36,328 bases of DNA from Candidatus Geohabitans tengchongensis (lineage in GTDB: Bacteria > Sysuimicrobiota > Sysuimicrobiia > Sysuimicrobiales > Humicultoraceae), in assembly GCA_031459625.1 (NCBI GenBank), contig JAVKIH010000001.1:242173-278500 (forward strand), given 5' to 3'. Shown one piece after another: positions 33,903 through 36,328 of this stretch. The notes under the pieces were generated by a model. The model saw nothing but the letters and a program-made list of their open reading frames with translations. It did no database searches and was not told the DNA's origin. The position numbers and the translations under genes were made by a program. Positions within the stretch are counted from its first letter, which is position 1, and each line of letters begins with the position of its first letter.

Positions 33903-36164
33903 GTGGCGCTCCCGCAGCTGAAGCCGTTGCCTGCCGGCGGGCCCTCCGCCGCGGGGGCCCGTCCCGCCCCCCCGGCGGCTGCGCCCGCCTGGCGTCTGCG
34001 GGCGGACCGGCTGGCCGCGGGAGTCGTCCGCCTCGGCGGTCTGGCCGTCGTCCTCTCCATCCTGGCCATCCTCGCCGTCATCCTGGTGGAAGTCTTGCCC
34101 CTGGCGCGTCCGGCCCGGGCTCGGGCGGTCGGAACGGTCCCGGCGGTGGGGGTGGGCCGGCCGCTGGTGGCGGACGTGGACGAGCACCGCCAGGTCGCGG
34201 TCGTCGTCGGCGACGGCGGGTTGGGCGTCGTGCCCATCGGCCCCGAGGCCCGCCGGCCGGCAGACCTGCCGCTTTGGGACGTGCCCGTGGCCGGGGCGGC
34301 GCGGGCGGGGCGAACGCTCCTCCTCGGGCTGTCCGACGGACGGGCGCTGGGCGTGGAGGTGGCGTACGACGTCGTGTTCTCGGCCGACGGCCGGCGGACC
34401 GTCACGCCGCGGGTGTCGGGGGGAGCACCGCTGGTGGTGGATCCCTCGGGCCGCTCCCTGGCCCGGGTGGCCTATGCGCGGACACGCGCGGGGCCGGTGG
34501 TGGCAGCGCAGACCGGGCCGCGGGAGGTCACCCTGGTGCGCGTCCGGGAACGCCGGGCCCTCGTGGGAGCATCGACCCGCGAGGTGGTGCGCGACCGGCT
34601 GACCCTGCGGATCGCGGGGGAGGTCACCGCCCTCGCCCTGGACGGGCGGGGTGACGCCCTCTTCGTCGGGACTTCGGTGGGCCAGCTCCTGGCTCTGGCG
34701 CCGGCCGGCCCACGGCCTCGGGTCCTGGCGGTGGCCCAGGTCAGCCGCCAGGGGACGGCCATCACCGTGCTGGGCTTCCTCCTGGGGGACCGCACGGTGA
34801 TCACAGGAGACGCCGCGGGGCGGGTGGCCTCGTGGCAGCTCCTCGGCCAGACCACCGGGCGGCTGAGGCTGCAGCGCATCCACGAGTTCGCGCCGCTGGC
34901 CGCACCGGTGACGGCCTTCGCCGCGTCGCACCGGGACAAAGGGTTCCTGGTGGGGGACGCCGACGGCCGGGTGCACCTGGGTTACGGGACGACGGGGGAA
35001 ACCCGGCTGCGGGTGCGGGCGGTCCGCGGAGGGCTGCGCGCCCTGGCGTGGGCGCCGAAAGGGGACGGCTTCCTCGCCATCGACGCCGCCGGTCGGCTGA
35101 GCCACTGGGCGCTCGAGGTGGGGCATCCCGAGGCCACGCGGCACACGCTCTTCGGCAGGGTCTGGTACGAAGGCTACGAGGCGCCGGCCTACGTGTGGCA
35201 GTCCACCGGTGGCACCGATGACTTCGAGCCCAAGCTCAGCCTGACGCCGCTGGCCTTCGGGACGCTCAAGGGCACCGCCTATGCCCTGCTCGTCGCCGTG
35301 CCGGTGGCCCTGGTGGGTGCGCTGTACGCGGCGCAGTTCATGCACCCGACGCTCCGGGCGCTGGTGAAGCCCGTCGTGGAGATCATGGCCGGGCTGCCGA
35401 GCGTGGTGCTGGGCTTCCTGGCCGGCCTGTGGCTGGCTCCGCGGGTAGAGCGGGTGGTCCCCGGCATCATCCTCATGCCGCCCGCGATGGCCGCGGCGAT
35501 CCTGGCCGCGTTCCTGCTCTTCCGCCTGGTGCCCGCCCCGGTCCGGGGCCGGGTGCGCCCGGGCATGGAGCTGGTCGTGCTGGTCCCCGCCGTCCTCCTG
35601 GGAGGGTGGCTGGCGCTGCGGCTGGGCGGCCTGGTCGAGGCGGCCCTCCTCGACGGGGACTTCCGCACCTGGCTGCCGCGTGCGGTCGGGCTCACCTATG
35701 ACCAGCGCAACGCCCTGGTGGTGGGGCTGGCCATGGGCTTCGCCGTCATCCCCATCGTCTTCACCATCGCCGAGGACGCGCTGGCCAACGTCCCGCCGCA
35801 TCTGGCGGCCGGCGCGCTGGCCCTGGGCGCCACTCGCTGGCAGACCGCGCTCCGGGTCGTCCTGCCGACGGCCAGCCCCGGCATGTTCTCCGCGGTGATG
35901 GTGGGCTTCGGGCGCGCCGTAGGGGAGACGATGATCGTCCTCATGGCCACCGGGAACACGCCGGTCATGGACTGGTCGCCCTTCAGCGGCTTCCGGGCGC
36001 TCTCGGCGAACGTCGCGGTGGAGCTGCCCGAAGCGCCCTACGGAGGGACCCTGTACCGCGTCCTGTTCCTGGCGGCCCTGCTGCTCTTCGTCACCACGTT
36101 CCTGGTGAACACCGCGGCCGAGGTGGTGCGCCTGCGGCTGCGGCGACGGTATCAGGCGCTGTGA
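33903..36164 (+). CDS. pstC: Phosphate ABC transporter permease PstC with large WD40/beta-propeller-like insertion
   Basis: WYE.Y..P.YVWQS, PL.FGTLK, KP.VEIMA.LPSVV.GF, DQRNA, ALGATRWQT, GRAVGETM.VLMATGN. Confidence 0.92.
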   Translation: MALPQLKPLPAGGPSAAGARPAPPAAAPAWRLRADRLAAGVVRLGGLAVVLSILAILAVILVEVLPLARPARARAVGTVPAVGVGRPLVADVDEHRQVAVVVGDGGLGVVPIGPEARRPADLPLWDVPVAGAARAGRTLLLGLSDGRALGVEVAYDVVFSADGRRTVTPRVSGGAPLVVDPSGRSLARVAYARTRAGPVVAAQTGPREVTLVRVRERRALVGASTREVVRDRLTLRIAGEVTALALDGRGDALFVGTSVGQLLALAPAGPRPRVLAVAQVSRQGTAITVLGFLLGDRTVITGDAAGRVASWQLLGQTTGRLRLQRIHEFAPLAAPVTAFAASHRDKGFLVGDADGRVHLGYGTTGETRLRVRAVRGGLRALAWAPKGDGFLAIDAAGRLSHWALEVGHPEATRHTLFGRVWYEGYEAPAYVWQSTGGTDDFEPKLSLTPLAFGTLKGTAYALLVAVPVALVGALYAAQFMHPTLRALVKPVVEIMAGLPSVVLGFLAGLWLAPRVERVVPGIILMPPAMAAAILAAFLLFRLVPAPVRGRVRPGMELVVLVPAVLLGGWLALRLGGLVEAALLDGDFRTWLPRAVGLTYDQRNALVVGLAMGFAVIPIVFTIAEDALANVPPHLAAGALALGATRWQTALRVVLPTASPGMFSAVMVGFGRAVGETMIVLMATGNTPVMDWSPFSGFRALSANVAVELPEAPYGGTLYRVLFLAALLLFVTTFLVNTAAEVVRLRLRRRYQAL

Positions 36165-36328
36165 GGGGCGGCGCAGCGGCGGTGCGGCGGGAGGGCTCCG
36201 GCGGGCTGTGGCGCAGCGGCGACCTCTTCGTCTGGCTCAGCGGCGGCGCGCTGGCCCTGGCCTTGCTCATGGTAGCCGGCCTCGTCGGGCTGGTGGCGGC
36301 CCACGGGCTCGCGTACTTCTGGCCGCGC
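36161..36328 (+). CDS. pstA: Phosphate ABC transporter permease PstA, 5' fragment (runs off the window)
   Basis: GTGA overlap with the pstC stop; translates ...WRSGDLFVWLSGGALALALLMVAGLVGLVAAHGLAYFWPR, like the N-terminus of long-form PstA. Confidence 0.8.
   Translation, partial: MRGGAAAVRREGSGGLWRSGDLFVWLSGGALALALLMVAGLVGLVAAHGLAYFWPR

Overview
Very GC-rich bacterial chromosomal window with about 34 mostly housekeeping genes; no rRNA, tRNA, CRISPR or mobile element was recognised. Most long ORFs in the supplied track are GC shadow frames. Left to right: mfd 5' end; DUF4383-like membrane protein; a coupled nadE / split glutamate synthase operon, in which one subunit has two FMN-type barrels and the other is a GATase+GXGXG fusion; a c-di-GMP-I (GEMM) riboswitch heading four minor type IV pilin genes; zur-znuACB divergent from a YibE/F gene across a shared operator; DUF192 + GAF-GAF histidine kinase + ANTAR regulator; FAD reductase, EndoQ, RlmI-like methyltransferase, VOC protein; an unassigned ~115-nt structured RNA with its own promoter and terminator; R3H-AAA ATPase, tmk, darA (apparent AUC start), holB; CPA2 antiporter, nfo, NUDIX; PLP Cys/Met lyase; and a phosphate locus. 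The best candidate for an undescribed system is the phosphate locus. A DUF47/PhoU-like domain is fused directly to an OmpR/PhoB winged-helix domain with no receiver domain. Phased 11-bp direct repeats with identical spacing to the -10 element lie upstream of both this gene and pstSCA, suggesting a one-component Pho regulator. All family calls come from motif recognition by eye, with no database searches.
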